Source of the DNA: Octopus sinensis
Taxonomy: Eukaryota
Assembly: GCF_006345805.1 (NCBI RefSeq)
Contig: NC_043008.1
Coordinates: 23,126,001 to 23,190,000 of the forward strand
Length of the DNA stretch: 64,000 bases
Direction of reading: 5' to 3'
Shown here: positions 38,690-51,109 of the stretch, one piece after another
Numbering within the stretch: the stretch's first letter is position 1
How the letters are laid out: each line of letters begins with the position of its first letter
Made by a program: the position numbers and the translations under genes
Notes under the pieces: generated by a model
Databases searched by the model: none
The model's input: the letters and a program-made list of their open reading frames with translations, nothing else
What the model was told of the DNA's origin: nothing

Positions 38690-38729
<40 letters not shown>

Positions 38730-38731
<2 letters not shown>

Positions 38732-38990
38732 AAAAGGGCAAAGTCTGAAGACCCCCTTCGGCCATGTATGACCAATGGGATTGCACCTAGAAAGTTCCCC
38801 TCCTAGGCACAAGTTTAGGCAAGGTTGTTTATGGAAGGCCAGCAGCTGCCCATGCCTACCACCCTCCTCCCTCCACACCAATGATGTTGTCCAAGGGAAT
38901 GGCAAAGGCTGATACGGCTTAGCACCAGTGACGTCACAACTCATTTCTACAGCTGAGTGAACTGGAGCAATGTGAAATAAAGTGCCTTTG
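38730..38990 (-). mobile_element. 5'-truncated SINE-like repeat
   Basis: ACAGCTGAGTGAACTGGAGCAATGTGAAATAAAGTG is a central SINE-domain motif (recalled). Confidence 0.5.
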
Positions 38991-39249
38991 CATTTGTGTA
39001 TAGGTTATCAGTGAATGTATTTATATATGTGTATGTGTGCGTATGTATATATATATATATATATATGTATATGTAATATTTTGGACTAATGAGTACGTGT
39101 TGATTAGTGTGTTAATGTGTTGAGTAAAGCACTGGCACAGTTTAAGCTACCTCATGTCATCTGCAGTTGGGGTGTATTCTGTTGGATCTACTTCAGGAAT
39201 TCTGCAGTGTTAGTTGAGATAATAGTAACTGAGTAAGTAACCAGAACAT

Positions 39250-39650
39250 GGATTTAGTATTAGTCTTATTTTGTGCAACAATCTTTTCGACCTATCCTAC
39301 TACTGTTCCTTATGGGTGGGACTTAGTGCATTATGTTGTGTTGCATCGATTTTGCAGTCTGGGTCACATTAGGTATATCCATACATTAAAAGGTGTCTTG
39401 ATAAAGATCTTGAGTTTGGGCAGTCGTGTTGTTACTTGCCCATCAAGTTAGGGAATCAACAGGCAAGTAACAACATGACTGTTCAAAATCAAAATCTTTA
39501 GTGAGATACCACTTTAGGTATGGATGCACTTGTGACTCAGACTGCAAAATAGATGCAATACTGTATAATGCACGAAGTCCCACCCATAAGAAACTGTACC
39601 AGGATAGTCGCAAAGATTGTCATACAAAATAAAGACTAATTCCAAATATA
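39250..39650. repeat. ~190-bp diverged inverted repeat with ~20-bp spacer
   Basis: Arms include TTATGGGTGGGACTT/AAGTCCCACCCATAA, TTTTGCAGTCTG/CAGACTGCAAAA and GTTGTTACTTGCC/GGCAAGTAACAAC. Confidence 0.8.
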
Positions 39651-40869
39651 TTTTTTTGTGGCACTCCTCAGAAATCTCCATTTCAACTCAGGCAAAAATC
39701 AGGATGATTGGCTATGCAAAATATGTGTAGTGGATGCGTGGATGTATTAATAAATACATTAGTGCTTTGTAATAAATTAAAGATTTATTATCACTACATC
39801 AATTTGTAAGCAATGTTACACATCGCTTGTACAAAATGCATATTAAATAGTGGTTGCAAATAATACATATTAAAGGAATGCATAATACAGGATACACATT
39901 AAAGCAGAATATGTTTGATGGTGTGTGTGTGTGTGTGTGTGTGTAAATCATGCAGTACAGAGTCACCTTTCTGATTATTCTTTCGTCGTCCTCATAAATG
40001 CGTGGCGTTCTCTTAAACGTTGGTTCGGGTTCTCTCTAGATACCTATTTCTCCGTTCTATTTATAACATCTCAAATAACCAGAAAAATAGATATACCGCA
40101 AGAGTGTTATTGCGTACAGTAGGTCGCTGGTCGTCCTGTTAAACTTCGCCTGACCTGCTCGGGTCAGAGGTCGAAGGGAGACGATCCATCATTTTTTGTC
40201 AGAACAAAGAGATTCTGATTTCGTGCCTTTTTGTGCATTGGTATTTTACGACCAATGATTCTTGGGTCTGATTTCGAATCCAAGCTTAGAGAAGGAAGTG
40301 CTAGTGAGAAAGCCACAGAGATCGAACGATATTGGAAATGTATTATTATTATTATTTTATTATTTATTTTTTTTTTTTGATTGTGTGCATGTAGAAAAAA
40401 ATTTTTTTTTTTTTTCTTACACATTGAACGATAAAAATATGCATGAAAGGTTTACAATTTGTATGTGCTATATGGTGGGCAATATGTATATGTGCCCAGG
40501 CAGAATTATGTTGGCGCGTTGAAAGAGATGTGCGTCTATTGATTACTCGACCTACTAGGTCTAATAGAGGCAAGGTGTCTTTCAGTGGCGAAAAAATATC
40601 GAGTGATAGCACGCATGAGAACAAGATTTGTAAATGTGTGTGGATATACAGTTAACAAAAAAAATATATTTATGAGAAAGCAAACATTTTGAAGAGAAAA
40701 CCAAAAAATATGTACATGCAAAAATGAAAGAAATGTTCATCGGCAAAGTTCGATTTTGAAATGTTCCGTAAAAGTTCATACAGACAGTTTTTGTTTTCAT
40801 TTTTTTTTTTTCTTTACGTACACAAATGTTCTTTGATTTCTCTGGGTGGGTGATGCAGTTATGTGTTCA

Positions 40870-42759
40870 TTAGGAAGATGGATACGTTAGGAGTTCAGAA
40901 CTTACCCGAAAAACTTGCACAAACCTTGCTGGCCATCGAACTGTTCTTCCTGATTTGGTGTGTCGGGGTTGTGCAGAATCTGTGGTGTTCGCTGGAGTTG
41001 CCGAGTCTGTTTGAGGAAAAGAGGGGACTGAATGTAAGTCCTCCTCGATGAAAGCTTTTTTTAAACGATCAATCGAGACCGTATTTCGTTTACCTCCAAT
41101 ATCGAGGACGAAATACTTGGGTTCTCTTTTGATGACCTTGTAGGGCCCGGAATATGGTGGTCGAAGTTGAGAGGGTATCCCATCATTCCTCACGAAGACA
41201 TGAGTCCATGTGTTGATATCTTTTGGGACACGTGAAACGACGTTCTGTTGTCTGGGGCCTGAGGGTGATACTTGCGACATGGATGTTCGTAATCGGTGCA
41301 CATATTGTTGTGGGTCAGGGAAGTTTTGTGAAACAGGTTCGATCATCTGCCCAGGTAAGGTGAGTGTTGTGCCATAAACGAGTTCGGCCGGAGTATATCC
41401 CAGTTCTTCCTTAATCGTGGATCGAATTCCAAGGAGGATGAGAGGGAGATGTTCCCACCAGTGAGAACTGTCTGGAGCTGCTTTTATAGATGCCTTGAGT
41501 TGGCGGTGAAAGCGTTCCACCATGCCATTTGCTGCAGGGTGGTAAGCTGTAGTGCGGGTGTGTTTACACCCGAGGAGACGAGTCAGCTCGGTGAAAAGGT
41601 GGGAATCGAACTGACGTCCTCTGTCGGTGGTAATTGTTGCGGGTGTGCCAAAACGCGAAACCCATTGTGATATCAGTGTTTTAGCGACCGTTTCTGCTGA
41701 TATATCAGATAGGGGCCAGGCTTCGGGCCATCGCGAGAACCTATCTACGCAAGTTAGCAAATATGAATAGTTCTGCGAAGGTGGCAGGGGTCCAACGATA
41801 TCAATGTGAACGTGCTGAAATCGTGCATCGGGCTGCGAAAATGAACCGATTGGTGATTTTATGTGCCGGTGGATTTTCGCTTTTTGGCACGCAACACAGC
41901 ACTTGGTCCATTCTCTGATATCCTTGTTGATACTGGTCCACACAAAACGGGTCGATATTAGCTTTTGAGTGGAGCGAATACCAGGATGTGACAGAGAATG
42001 TAGAGCGGAGAAAACTTCTCGACGATATTTCTGTGGTACATAAGGGCGTTGGTAACCAGTGGAAATATCACACACACCAATATGGGCTGTGGATGATGGT
42101 AGTGGAACATGCTGAAATTTCAGAGATGACGAATTCCGGAGCTTTAGAAGTTCTTCGTCATTCTCCTGGTCAGCTGCTATACGTGCCAGATCAATTGTAG
42201 ACGTGGTGTGGATAGCATTGATCTGCGCACGTGAAAGTGCATCGGCTGCCACGTTGGTCGTCCCTTTGATGTGGCGTATATCCGTCGTGTACTGCGATAT
42301 GAAATCGAGGTGGCGTATTTCTCTTGGCGAATGGCGATCCGGTTTGGTGTTAAATGCGTATACTAATGGCTTGTGGTTGGTATATATGGCAAAATTGGTA
42401 CCTTCTAGCATATGACTGAAATGCTTAACGGCCAGGTATGCCGCTAATAATTCCCGACTGAATGTGCTGTATTTGGTTTCCGCGGGTTTTAACCGCTTAG
42501 AAAAGAAAGACAACGGTTGCCATATACCGTCAACAAGCTGTTGTAGCACACCTCCGATTCCGGAATCGGATGCATCAACGAGTAAACATCGTGGGGCGTC
42601 TGGTTTTGGATAAACCAACATGGTAGCGCTAGATAACGCTTTTTTCAGGGCAGCGAAAGAAACGAGTTGATCTTCGGTCAGAGCTATATCTGCATTTTTG
42701 CAGGTTCGCTGACGTAGCAAATCCGTGAGCGGTTGCGCTATTTCAGCGAGGTGGGGCAC
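40870..42759 (-). CDS. pol: Gypsy Pol, RNase H and integrase part
   Basis: VDASD, RELLA, TNHKPL, HHCC zinc finger, HIDIVGP/TDRG/ERFH catalytic triad, GPY motif. Confidence 0.9.
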   Translation of the reverse strand: MPHLAEIAQPLTDLLRQRTCKNADIALTEDQLVSFAALKKALSSATMLVYPKPDAPRCLLVDASDSGIGGVLQQLVDGIWQPLSFFSKRLKPAETKYSTFSRELLAAYLAVKHFSHMLEGTNFAIYTNHKPLVYAFNTKPDRHSPREIRHLDFISQYTTDIRHIKGTTNVAADALSRAQINAIHTTSTIDLARIAADQENDEELLKLRNSSSLKFQHVPLPSSTAHIGVCDISTGYQRPYVPQKYRREVFSALHSLSHPGIRSTQKLISTRFVWTSINKDIREWTKCCVACQKAKIHRHIKSPIGSFSQPDARFQHVHIDIVGPLPPSQNYSYLLTCVDRFSRWPEAWPLSDISAETVAKTLISQWVSRFGTPATITTDRGRQFDSHLFTELTRLLGCKHTRTTAYHPAANGMVERFHRQLKASIKAAPDSSHWWEHLPLILLGIRSTIKEELGYTPAELVYGTTLTLPGQMIEPVSQNFPDPQQYVHRLRTSMSQVSPSGPRQQNVVSRVPKDINTWTHVFVRNDGIPSQLRPPYSGPYKVIKREPKYFVLDIGGKRNTVSIDRLKKAFIEEDLHSVPSFPQTDSATPANTTDSAQPRHTKSGRTVRWPARFVQVFRVSSELLTYPSS

Positions 42760-42795
42760 GAACCGTCGATAGAAATTCGCTAGACCGAGATTCCC

Positions 42796-44037
42796 TTAAT
42801 TTGCGGAGAGATGTGGGTGGTGGAAAATCCACGATGGCCTTGACTTTCTCGGAAGGGGACGAATTCCATTTTTATCGACTATATGGCCGAGAAAATGAAG
42901 GGAAGCAACTCCGAACAAACATTTAGTAGGGTTGATAACAATTCCGAATTTACGTAAACGTTCGAATAGCAGGTGAAGGTGTTGATTATGCTCTTCGTCC
43001 GAGTTACTGGCCACGAGTATGTCGTCTATGTAGGCATAGACGAAAGGCAAACCTCTAGTCACCATGTCGATAAACCTTTGGAATGTCTGTGCCGCGTTTC
43101 GTAAACCGAAAGGCATACGCAGGAATTCAAACATTCCGAAAGGTGTAGTCACTGCTGTCTTTGAGATGTCTGCAGGTTCGACTGGGATTTGGTTGTATGC
43201 TCGCACCAGGTCGATTTTTGAAAAGATGCGAGCTCCATGCAGCGAGCTCGAAAAGTCCTGAAGAAAAGGCACCGGATAGGCATCACTGATAGTGCTTTTA
43301 TTCAGTGATCGATAATCGCTGCAAACCCGCCAATCGGTCGATGATTTTTTTGGGACGCAGTGTATCGGCGAGGACCAGTTGCTGCTGGAAACGCGGATGA
43401 TTCCGAGGTCGAGCATGTGCTGGAATTCCCGCTTGACGGCCTGGAGACGATCAGGTGGTAACCTTCTGGGCCTTGCAGCAACAGGTGGACCGCTGGTTTT
43501 GATGTGGTGGGTAACGTCGTGCTTTATCGGCTGGTTATGAAAAACTGGCCGGGCGACATCTGGATAATCATTCAGGATGGAACTGTGACGAGTCGTTGTC
43601 GTAAGCATTACAGTTGGGCTGACTGTGTCCATTCGAGCGGCTATACCGCACACAGTAAGCTTGGTGGTGGTGTCGACAAGTCGTCTGTTCTTTATGTCTA
43701 CCAGGAGACCGAAATGATGCAGGAAATCGGCTCCTAAGATAGGGGTCGGCAGTTTAGCGACGACGAATACCCACTGAAATGTGCGGCGTAGTCCTATGTT
43801 TAATGTTAGGGACTGTTCACCGTAGGTTGGAATGGGTGAATGGTTGACTGCCTGAAGACAGACTGATGTCTCTTTTCTTTTTCCAGAAGTGTTGGAGACT
43901 GGGATGATGCTGACTTCCGCACCTGTGTCAACCAGGAAACGCGTGCCTGTTACACGATCGCAAACGAAAAACAGGCGACTGTGTGGGTGCGAACCAGGAA
44001 CTTCCGTCGCGTTCAATTCCTGGCTGTGCCGTTTCCC
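42796..44037 (-). CDS. pol: Gypsy Pol, protease and reverse transcriptase part (via -1 frameshift)
   Basis: [10 protein letters not shown] protease, [21 protein letters not shown]; frame broken by small deletions near 42851 and 42790. Confidence 0.9.
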   Translation of the reverse strand, partial: GKRHSQELNATEVPGSHPHSRLFFVCDRVTGTRFLVDTGAEVSIIPVSNTSGKRKETSVCLQAVNHSPIPTYGEQSLTLNIGLRRTFQWVFVVAKLPTPILGADFLHHFGLLVDIKNRRLVDTTTKLTVCGIAARMDTVSPTVMLTTTTRHSSILNDYPDVARPVFHNQPIKHDVTHHIKTSGPPVAARPRRLPPDRLQAVKREFQHMLDLGIIRVSSSNWSSPIHCVPKKSSTDWRVCSDYRSLNKSTISDAYPVPFLQDFSSSLHGARIFSKIDLVRAYNQIPVEPADISKTAVTTPFGMFEFLRMPFGLRNAAQTFQRFIDMVTRGLPFVYAYIDDILVASNSDEEHNQHLHLLFERLRKFGIVINPTKCLFGVASLHFLGHIVDKNGIRPLPRKSRPSWIFHHPHLSAN

Positions 44038-44888
44038 GAACTGGGTGAGGAAAACGAGCACGGTACTGTACATTTTTGTGCCCGTGTTCCGAATGTTCGG
44101 TGGTACCAACACGTGTCATGTGAGTTTCGGGTAGCACTGGGGCTTCGAGACCGTCTGCCATCTCGTCGAGATCGGCTGGTGCTTCGACGCTGGGGACTAA
44201 ACTTTAGGGCTTGTATTTGGGCTGTGAGAATTTGTATTTGCGCAGCTTGCTGCATCATTAATGCACGCAAATCCGAAATCTCTGAAGAACTGGTTTGTGC
44301 ACGGAAAGGATTGGTACTGGGAGCGGCTGGCGTCACCGTCGATACCGTTGGATATCTGTGCGGTACTTCGGCTATTTTGTCAGCTAGCTCCGCCAGTTCT
44401 TCAAGGGATGTGTTTTCTCTGGTGGACGCGAGAACAACCTGGGTATTGGAGGGCAGATGCTGGAGAAAAAGTTGCTTGAAGATTTTTTCTGGGAGCGTCT
44501 CATCTCCGAGAAGCTGTTTCATTCTCTGAAGAAGCTGGGACGGCGTTTTGTCACCCAATTCTTCCGATATCAGAAGCTGGTGAAGTCTTTTTTGTTGGGA
44601 TTCTGAGGTTCTGTTTATTAACGTGGTTTTAAAAACTTCATATGAAACAGAACCGGGTGGTGCCATGATAAGGTCGCGTATTACGTTCGTTATTTCTGGT
44701 GACAGAGAACTGATAACGTGAGAAAGTCGAGCCGCATCGCTCGATATTCTGTGAGAGGCAAACTGTGCCTCTATATGGTGAAACCACAATGTCGGGTCGT
44801 GGGTCCAGAATGGTGGAATTTTTAACGAGATCGCCGCTTGGAATGCCATGTTGATGTTGGCCGCTGGGTTTTGTTCCGGGAGATTCAT
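44013..44888 (-). CDS. gag: Gypsy Gag (291 aa)
   Basis: [45 protein letters not shown]; GGGAAAC slippery site at 44031-44037(-). Confidence 0.9.
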   Translation of the reverse strand: MNLPEQNPAANINMAFQAAISLKIPPFWTHDPTLWFHHIEAQFASHRISSDAARLSHVISSLSPEITNVIRDLIMAPPGSVSYEVFKTTLINRTSESQQKRLHQLLISEELGDKTPSQLLQRMKQLLGDETLPEKIFKQLFLQHLPSNTQVVLASTRENTSLEELAELADKIAEVPHRYPTVSTVTPAAPSTNPFRAQTSSSEISDLRALMMQQAAQIQILTAQIQALKFSPQRRSTSRSRRDGRRSRSPSATRNSHDTCWYHRTFGTRAQKCTVPCSFSSPSSGNGTARN

Positions 44889-45591
44889 TGTTTTCGTCGG
44901 AATTTTCAGTTGCTTCGTTGCTGGTGATGTGCAAACTGTAATTCTTCGACGCGGTTGATGAAGCTGGTTCCGGGGAAGGCGCGATTCGTTTTACGGGGTC
45001 ACCAAATGTAGTGGATGCGTGGATGTATTAATAAATACATAAGTGCTTTGTAATAAATTAAAGATTTATTATCACTACATCAATTTGTAAGCAATGTTAC
45101 ACATCGCTTGTACAAAATGCATATTAAATAGTGGTTGCAAATAATACATATTAAAGGAATGCATAATACAGGATACACATTAAAGCAGAATATGTTTGAT
45201 GGTGTGTGTGTGTGTGTGTGTGTAAATCATGCAGTACAGAGTCACCTTTCTGATTATTCTTTCGTCGTCCTCATAAATGCGTGGCGTTCTCTTAAACGTT
45301 AGTTCGGGTTCTCTCTAGATACCTATTTCTCCGTTCTATTTATAACATCTCAAATAGCCAGAAAAATAGATATACCGCAAGAGTGTTATTGCGTACAGTA
45401 GGTCGCTGGTCGTCCTGTTAAACTTCGCCTGACCTGCTCGGGTCAGAGGTCGAAGGGAGACGATCCATCATTTTTTGTCAGAACAAAGAGATTCTGATTT
45501 CGTGCCTTTTTGTGCATTGGTATTTTACGACCAATGATTCTTGGGTCTGATTTCGAATCCAAGCTTAGAGAAGGAAGTGCTAATTCTTACA

Positions 45592-45960
45592 TATGTCTTA
45601 TCATTGATAAAGTGGCTGAAAATTTCAGAATGGTGTATATCTTTACACAGGACATCTGTATGGACAAGAGTTCATGGAAATTCAAGGGAAAACTCAAATT
45701 CAAACAATACAACCCAACTAAACATGCCTGCTTTGGAGTCAAGTTATATAAAGTGTGTCAGACATCAAGCAGAGTATGTGGTTACACTTAGAATTAAAAG
45801 ATCTTCACTGCTGAGGACAGATCTGATATTCCAGCATCAACTAATGTCATGTTGTTGCTGAATGAGGACTTGATGCACAAAGGATATATCTATATGAACA
45901 ACTGGTTCTCCAGTCCAGAGTTGTTCCTGAATCAGAAGGCAAACAGTAGAGTCCTAAAAA
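45592..45960 (+). mobile_element. piggyBac (PGBD4-like) transposase relic split by the Gypsy insertion
   Basis: DICMDKSSWKFKGKLKFKQYNPTKHACFGVKLY and NNWFSSPELF; the upstream LLRNLHF motif lies left of the provirus at ~39665-39690. Confidence 0.75.
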
Positions 45961-46849
45961 CCGGAGCAGAAAATAATTAGAGTTTAATTTAATTGAATAG
46001 TGATCAGGAGGATTTTAAACTATATATGTTTTTAAATTATATATGTTTATAAACTATATATGTTATGCATTTTTAGCCAAAATAAAAACTTAAAATTTAA
46101 AAATAAAAAAAATGAGATGTATTGGCAGAGTGATATATACTTATTGATGGTTATCAATTGGCACCTGAATATTCACACACTGTGAAAGCTGGTCCAGTGT
46201 CTTATTTTAGAGTAGATGGCTTTTGGCTTGAGACATCCTAATTACAAACAGAATTATATTTTCTACACTTACATGAATATTCAGATGCTTATTTCAGTTG
46301 TTTTGTCCTGATTTTCTCTGATTCAGTTGCCCTTCTCCCCTTTTGCAGTTATGCTATTGCTACCAACCATTCTGTCTCAATTTATTGTTACTGGTTTCAA
46401 CCAGAGGCTGAAGCCTTCCTTTTAAATGGATATTATTTTGGTCAACTTATGCTGAAATGAAAAATTCTATGTATCTATACTGTGATATTGCATTATATTC
46501 AGTATGTTAAATGAAATCAATATATTACCTAACAACAACTATAGAGTCAATGTAAGCTTTCATTATTCAAATGGGCCATAGTTTAAACATTTGTGTGTAA
46601 TGGGATGAAACTTTAAATGTAAAGTTCCTGTGTAATTTTGATATGATAGATATAGTGTAAATATTCTCAAGTTAGAAGACTGATGAATGGATGGGTGTTA
46701 GGATGATGAGAGGTGGGGAAGGCTTGATGGGAGAAGATTAGGTGCAGGGGCTGGGCCTGTTCAGTGCATAGATAAACATAATGCAGGGGCAGGGCCGTTC
46801 AGTGCATAAACAAACATAATGCTTCACTTTCACTGTGACATCAAGTATA

Positions 46850-47240
46850 GTGAATCACTAACTATCACAGTCCTTTGCCATCTCCATGAGACTCAATATC
46901 TTAAGGCCAGTCTTTATTACTTCATCCTGTATCTTTCTGGGTCTCCCTCTTCCATTCATTGCATCCACTTTAAGTGATTGGCCCTTCTTTATACAGCTGT
47001 TTTCCTCCATGCTCAGCACATAATTACACCAATATAGTCATCTCTCTTACACACTACATCTGATATTCCTTATCCCCAATTTTTCTCTCAACACATTTAT
47101 ACTTTGTTTTTCATGTACACTGTATAATCTAATTAACTACATGGGTAATTCATCCATAGCCTACTCCTTCAAATAGTTTAAGCATCTGTGATAATCCCTG
47201 ATGGACAAAGAGCTTTTCCTGCCTTCAAATCCTTAATTGC
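46850..47240 (-). mobile_element. Old RTE LINE fragment
   Basis: Degenerate homology to 29100-29520. Confidence 0.55.
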
Positions 47241-47616
47241 TCTGTCTTATCTTATTGCTGTCAACTAGGATAGTTGATACCCCTTTTGTGTCTATGTTGG
47301 GAAGACCTTCTTGCTCCCAAACATTTTCTATATTTAATAGTCTTTTGTATCAATAACTTTGCATCTCTTTTTTTCAGAATTATGAAGTACAAGTGTATTG
47401 TGATCCATCCATGCACAGCATCTTCATTCTCTCTAACACAGTCTTGTAATCCAGAACACATCATGTCCACTGTACTCATACAGTAAAGCAGTGGCAAATC
47501 TATTCCCTTCTTCTTTACTATTAGCTATATAGACCTGTCATCTAGCTTACCTTCTGGCTACCTGAAATAATTTTCTGTTGCTTTTATTTTTCCAACCTTT
47601 CTAAGCCTATCTCTGC

Positions 47617-47687
<71 letters not shown>

Positions 47688-47690
<3 letters not shown>

Positions 47691-48455
47691 TCATCATCAT
47701 CATCATCATCGTTTAACGTCCGTTTTCCGCGCTAGCACGGGTTGGACGGTTTCGACCGGGGTCTGGGGAGCTCGGGACTGCCCCAGGCTCCAGTCTAGTC
47801 TGGCAGTGTTTCTACAGCTGGATGCCCTTCCTAACGCCAACCACTCCGCGAGTGTAGTGGGTGCTTTTTACGTGCCACCTGCACAGGTGCCAGAGGGGTC
47901 TGGCATCGGCCACGTTCGGATGGTGCTTTTTATGTGTGGGGGGGGGGGTGCAGAAATATAGGGGAGCACCAGTGGGGAGGGGTGGTTCAGAGAAATGATG
48001 ACAGGTTCTAGGCAAGTAGAACGTAGGATATCGAGAGAGGGGTAATGCATGGTGAAATAGCGTATTGAAGAGGGGGGTTCGAAGAGTAGACACCTATAAT
48101 GGTGGTGGGAGAAGCGACATCCGGTATAGATGGAGCAAAATATAGAGATATCCGGTATTGGTGGTGGGGGCGGGAGGGCGGGCGCACCGCGCATTGGGAG
48201 ATGAGGTTTTAGGCGGCAGAAAGAAGACAGGATTGAGATGAAATGCTTTGCGGTGGTGTGAATAAGTTTTTGTGAGTGAAAGTTTTTATGCTTCAGCTAG
48301 CATTTGAGACGAAAGACAACGATAACGCTATTAGATGGGGATACAATAATAATAAGGCTTGCAAAAACAATGAAAAGAGGAAACAGGTCGGGAACTTAGC
48401 TGATGTTTTTTCATCCTGCGGAAGCGAGTGAAGGTGAGATATATACTGAGAGAGA

Positions 48456-48491
<36 letters not shown>

Positions 48492-48788
48492 CAGTGAAAA
48501 CAGAGGGAGAACCGACACCACATAGCGAGAGAGAGAATTGGGAGATGAGGTTTTAGGCGGCAGAAAGAAGACAGGGTTGAGATGAAATGCTTTGCGGTGG
48601 TGTGAATAAGTTTTTGTGAGTAAAAGTTTTTATGCTTCAGCTAGCATTTGAGACGAAAGACAACGATAACACTATTAGATGGGGATACAATAATAATAAG
48701 GCTTGCAAAAACAATGAAAAGAGGAAACAGGTCGGGAACTTAGCTGATGTTTTTTCATCCTGCGGAAGCGAGTGAAGGTGAGATATAT

Positions 48789-48839
<51 letters not shown>

Positions 48840-49196
48840 CAGTGAAAACAGAGGGACAACCGACACCACATAGCGAGAGAGAGAATTGGGAGATGAGGTT
48901 TTAGGCGGCAGAAAGAAGACAGGGTTGAGATGAAATGCTTTGCGGTGGTGTGAATAAGCACCGCAAAGCATTTCATCTCAACCCTGTCTTCTTTCTGCCG
49001 CCTAAAACCTCATCTCCCAATTCTCTCTCTCGCTATGTGGTGTCGGTTCTCCCTCTGTTTTCACTGTCTCTCTCTCTCTCTTTCTATCTCTCTCTCTCTC
49101 TCGGTATATATCTCACCTTCACTCGCTTCCGCAGGATGAAAAAACATCAGCTAAGTTCCCGACCTGTTTCCTCTTTTCATTGTTTTTGCAAGCCTT
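47688..49196 (-). mobile_element. Bipartite RTE derivative (putative 5' UTR fused to 3' tail) with tandem and inverted repeats
   Basis: RTE 3' tail 47688-47930; 47940-48400(-) is homologous to 61430-61900(+); ~345-bp units start at 48193, 48537 and 48885; 48959-49196 is the reverse complement of ~48698-48947. Confidence 0.6.
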
Positions 49197-49214
49197 ATAT
49201 ATATATATATATAT

Positions 49215-49442
49215 AACAGAAGGTTTACGAAAATAAACAAAAGATAAAAGCAGGTTTACGAAAATAAACAAAAGACGAAGGCAGGTGGAGTACAAACAAA
49301 TAATGTATTAGTATGGCGCTCAGGAATAGAAATAAAACAAGTCTTTTACGTTTTGAGCCTACGCTCTTCGACAGAAAGATACACAGAAAAGAAACAAGGA
49401 GAGAAAAAAATTGCGTGTAGGGGCTAGTGATCCAACATGGCG
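49215..49442 (-). mobile_element. Penelope pLTR-like repeat with decayed hammerhead-like motif
   Basis: Between (TA)n runs; minus strand CTGTCGAAGAGCGTAGGCTCAAAACGT. Confidence 0.45.
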
Positions 49443-49473
<31 letters not shown>

Positions 49474-49479
49474 GCATAC

Positions 49480-50731
49480 ATAAATGTGTAATGGTGTCTG
49501 TCTGTCTGTGTGTTTGGGGCTACTCTAATTCGTCCAACCGATTTTAATGATTTTTGGCACATAGGTAGATTACATGCCCTGAAGTTCAAATAAGGCTGGA
49601 ATTTTTCGAAAACTCAATAATGCTCAGTTGGCATCGATCTTTGTGAGCTCAATCAGGCGTTTGAATGGAAATTCCCATAACGATGTTATTTTTCCTGCAG
49701 CTTTTGCATTTTTGTCTGATTTTGATGAAAATCGATAAGTGAGTGAGGCCCATGGCAGTGAGTTGATGTCAGTAAATGGTGTTTACAAAAAAATTGATAA
49801 TTGCACCTGAGCAGTGGTTTTATAAAATCAATAGGCTTTTTGCATGCAAATACCCCTAGGGATTTTATTTTCGGCTATAACTTTTATATTTTTTTATCTG
49901 ATTTTAATGATATTTGAAATGTAGGTAAATTTTGTGGTGGGGGAAACAGTAAAGGTGTTTATTTTAATTCAAAAGGGCTTGAAAAGGGCAGGGCACAAAT
50001 GCAAATAAGCATTTCCTTAGAGACATTCTTATCAATTTTGTAGAAATTTTACACGTGATTACAGTTCATGTCCATTAGTTAATGCCAACATGAAGAGTTG
50101 ACAAAAAATCGATAATTGTGCATGAGTGGGGAATTTTGAGAAATCAATAAGTTTTTTGTATGCAATTACCCACAGGATTAATATTTTATGCTGTAACTTA
50201 TACAGAATTCAATCGATTTTGATGAAATTTGACATTTAGGTAAAGTTTATGGTCAGAGTCATGTAGGAGAACTAAAATTAAACTGGTGAAAGGCAGAAAT
50301 CATCAAAATTCACTCTAATTCAACTAATTTTGAAGAAAAATGAGTAAAATTAAGCACTTTGACATCGATTATTCATATAATGTATTGGGATTTAAAAGTC
50401 AATGAGATATTTTCATGTAACACTTTTCTTTGGATTTTGCTGAGATTGGACTCACCGATCAATTTTGTACAGAGGGTGGCATTAAGGGGAGAGAAATAAA
50501 CAAACATTATTCTCAATGGGTCAAGGAACACCCAAAAGTTTGACTGCGATTTCAGATGGTCCAGTATGTAGGAATATGTCGAAAGCATTTACTGGGTAAA
50601 TCTGCTGAACCAGATATAATATCTTAATGGGTAATAGTTGGCATGGGGAATGTAGACGATTTCAATACAAGGTCAGAGGTGGGCTTAACTTCAACATGGA
50701 AAATATGAGCAATGCTGGGTCCAACAGCTAG
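49480..50731 (+). mobile_element. Non-autonomous Helitron-like element
   Basis: (TGTC)n near start, repeated (C)CGATTTT(A/G)ATGA subrepeats, 3' end GAGCAATGCTGGGT..CAGCTAG|T; 5' end uncertain. Confidence 0.55.
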
Positions 50732-51109
50732 TGTATATATATGTGTGTGTGTGTGTTTGTATATATATATAAAAGTTTAAAAAGCACATAATATATATAA
50801 TATATATATAAGCACAAACACATGGAAAACAGACACAGAAGGTCACCAAATCCTTATCAGTTATCAGTCAAAGGTTCTCGTCAATTTTGCACTTTTTATG
50901 AGAATATGATTCCCTTTTGGTGGAATCAGTGGTGAGAAGTCACCAAGAAATAGCAAACCAATGAACAAGGGACCAAACATAACAGAAAGTGAACATATGA
51001 ATACGAAATTAATATGCAATATACAATATACAAATGAAATAATATATATATAACAAATGACAGAGACGGAAAAAGGAATATACGAGAAACTTTATTGCTC
51101 ACAATGATC

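Larger units (their letters stand above)
33448..38692 (+). mobile_element. Penelope-like element with inverted duplicated 3' region (foldback), inserted in (TA)n
   Basis: 33448-~35500 is largely the reverse complement of ~36360-38622; GIY-YIG C-terminal fragment in the middle; hammerhead in each arm; (TA)n on both flanks. Confidence 0.85.
39726..45591 (-). mobile_element. Young near-complete Ty3/Gypsy provirus
   Basis: TG..CA termini, 4-bp TSD TATG (39722-39725, 45592-45595). LTRs 45007-45591 and 39726-~40302 differ at only a few sites. PBS TGGTGACCCCG (tRNA-Trp type) at ~44994-45004(-). Confidence 0.95.

Noticed and set aside
43981-44529. 182-aa plus-strand ORF and other antisense ORFs over TE genes
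   Set aside because: Shadows of gag/pol or RTE ORFs with no independent motifs.
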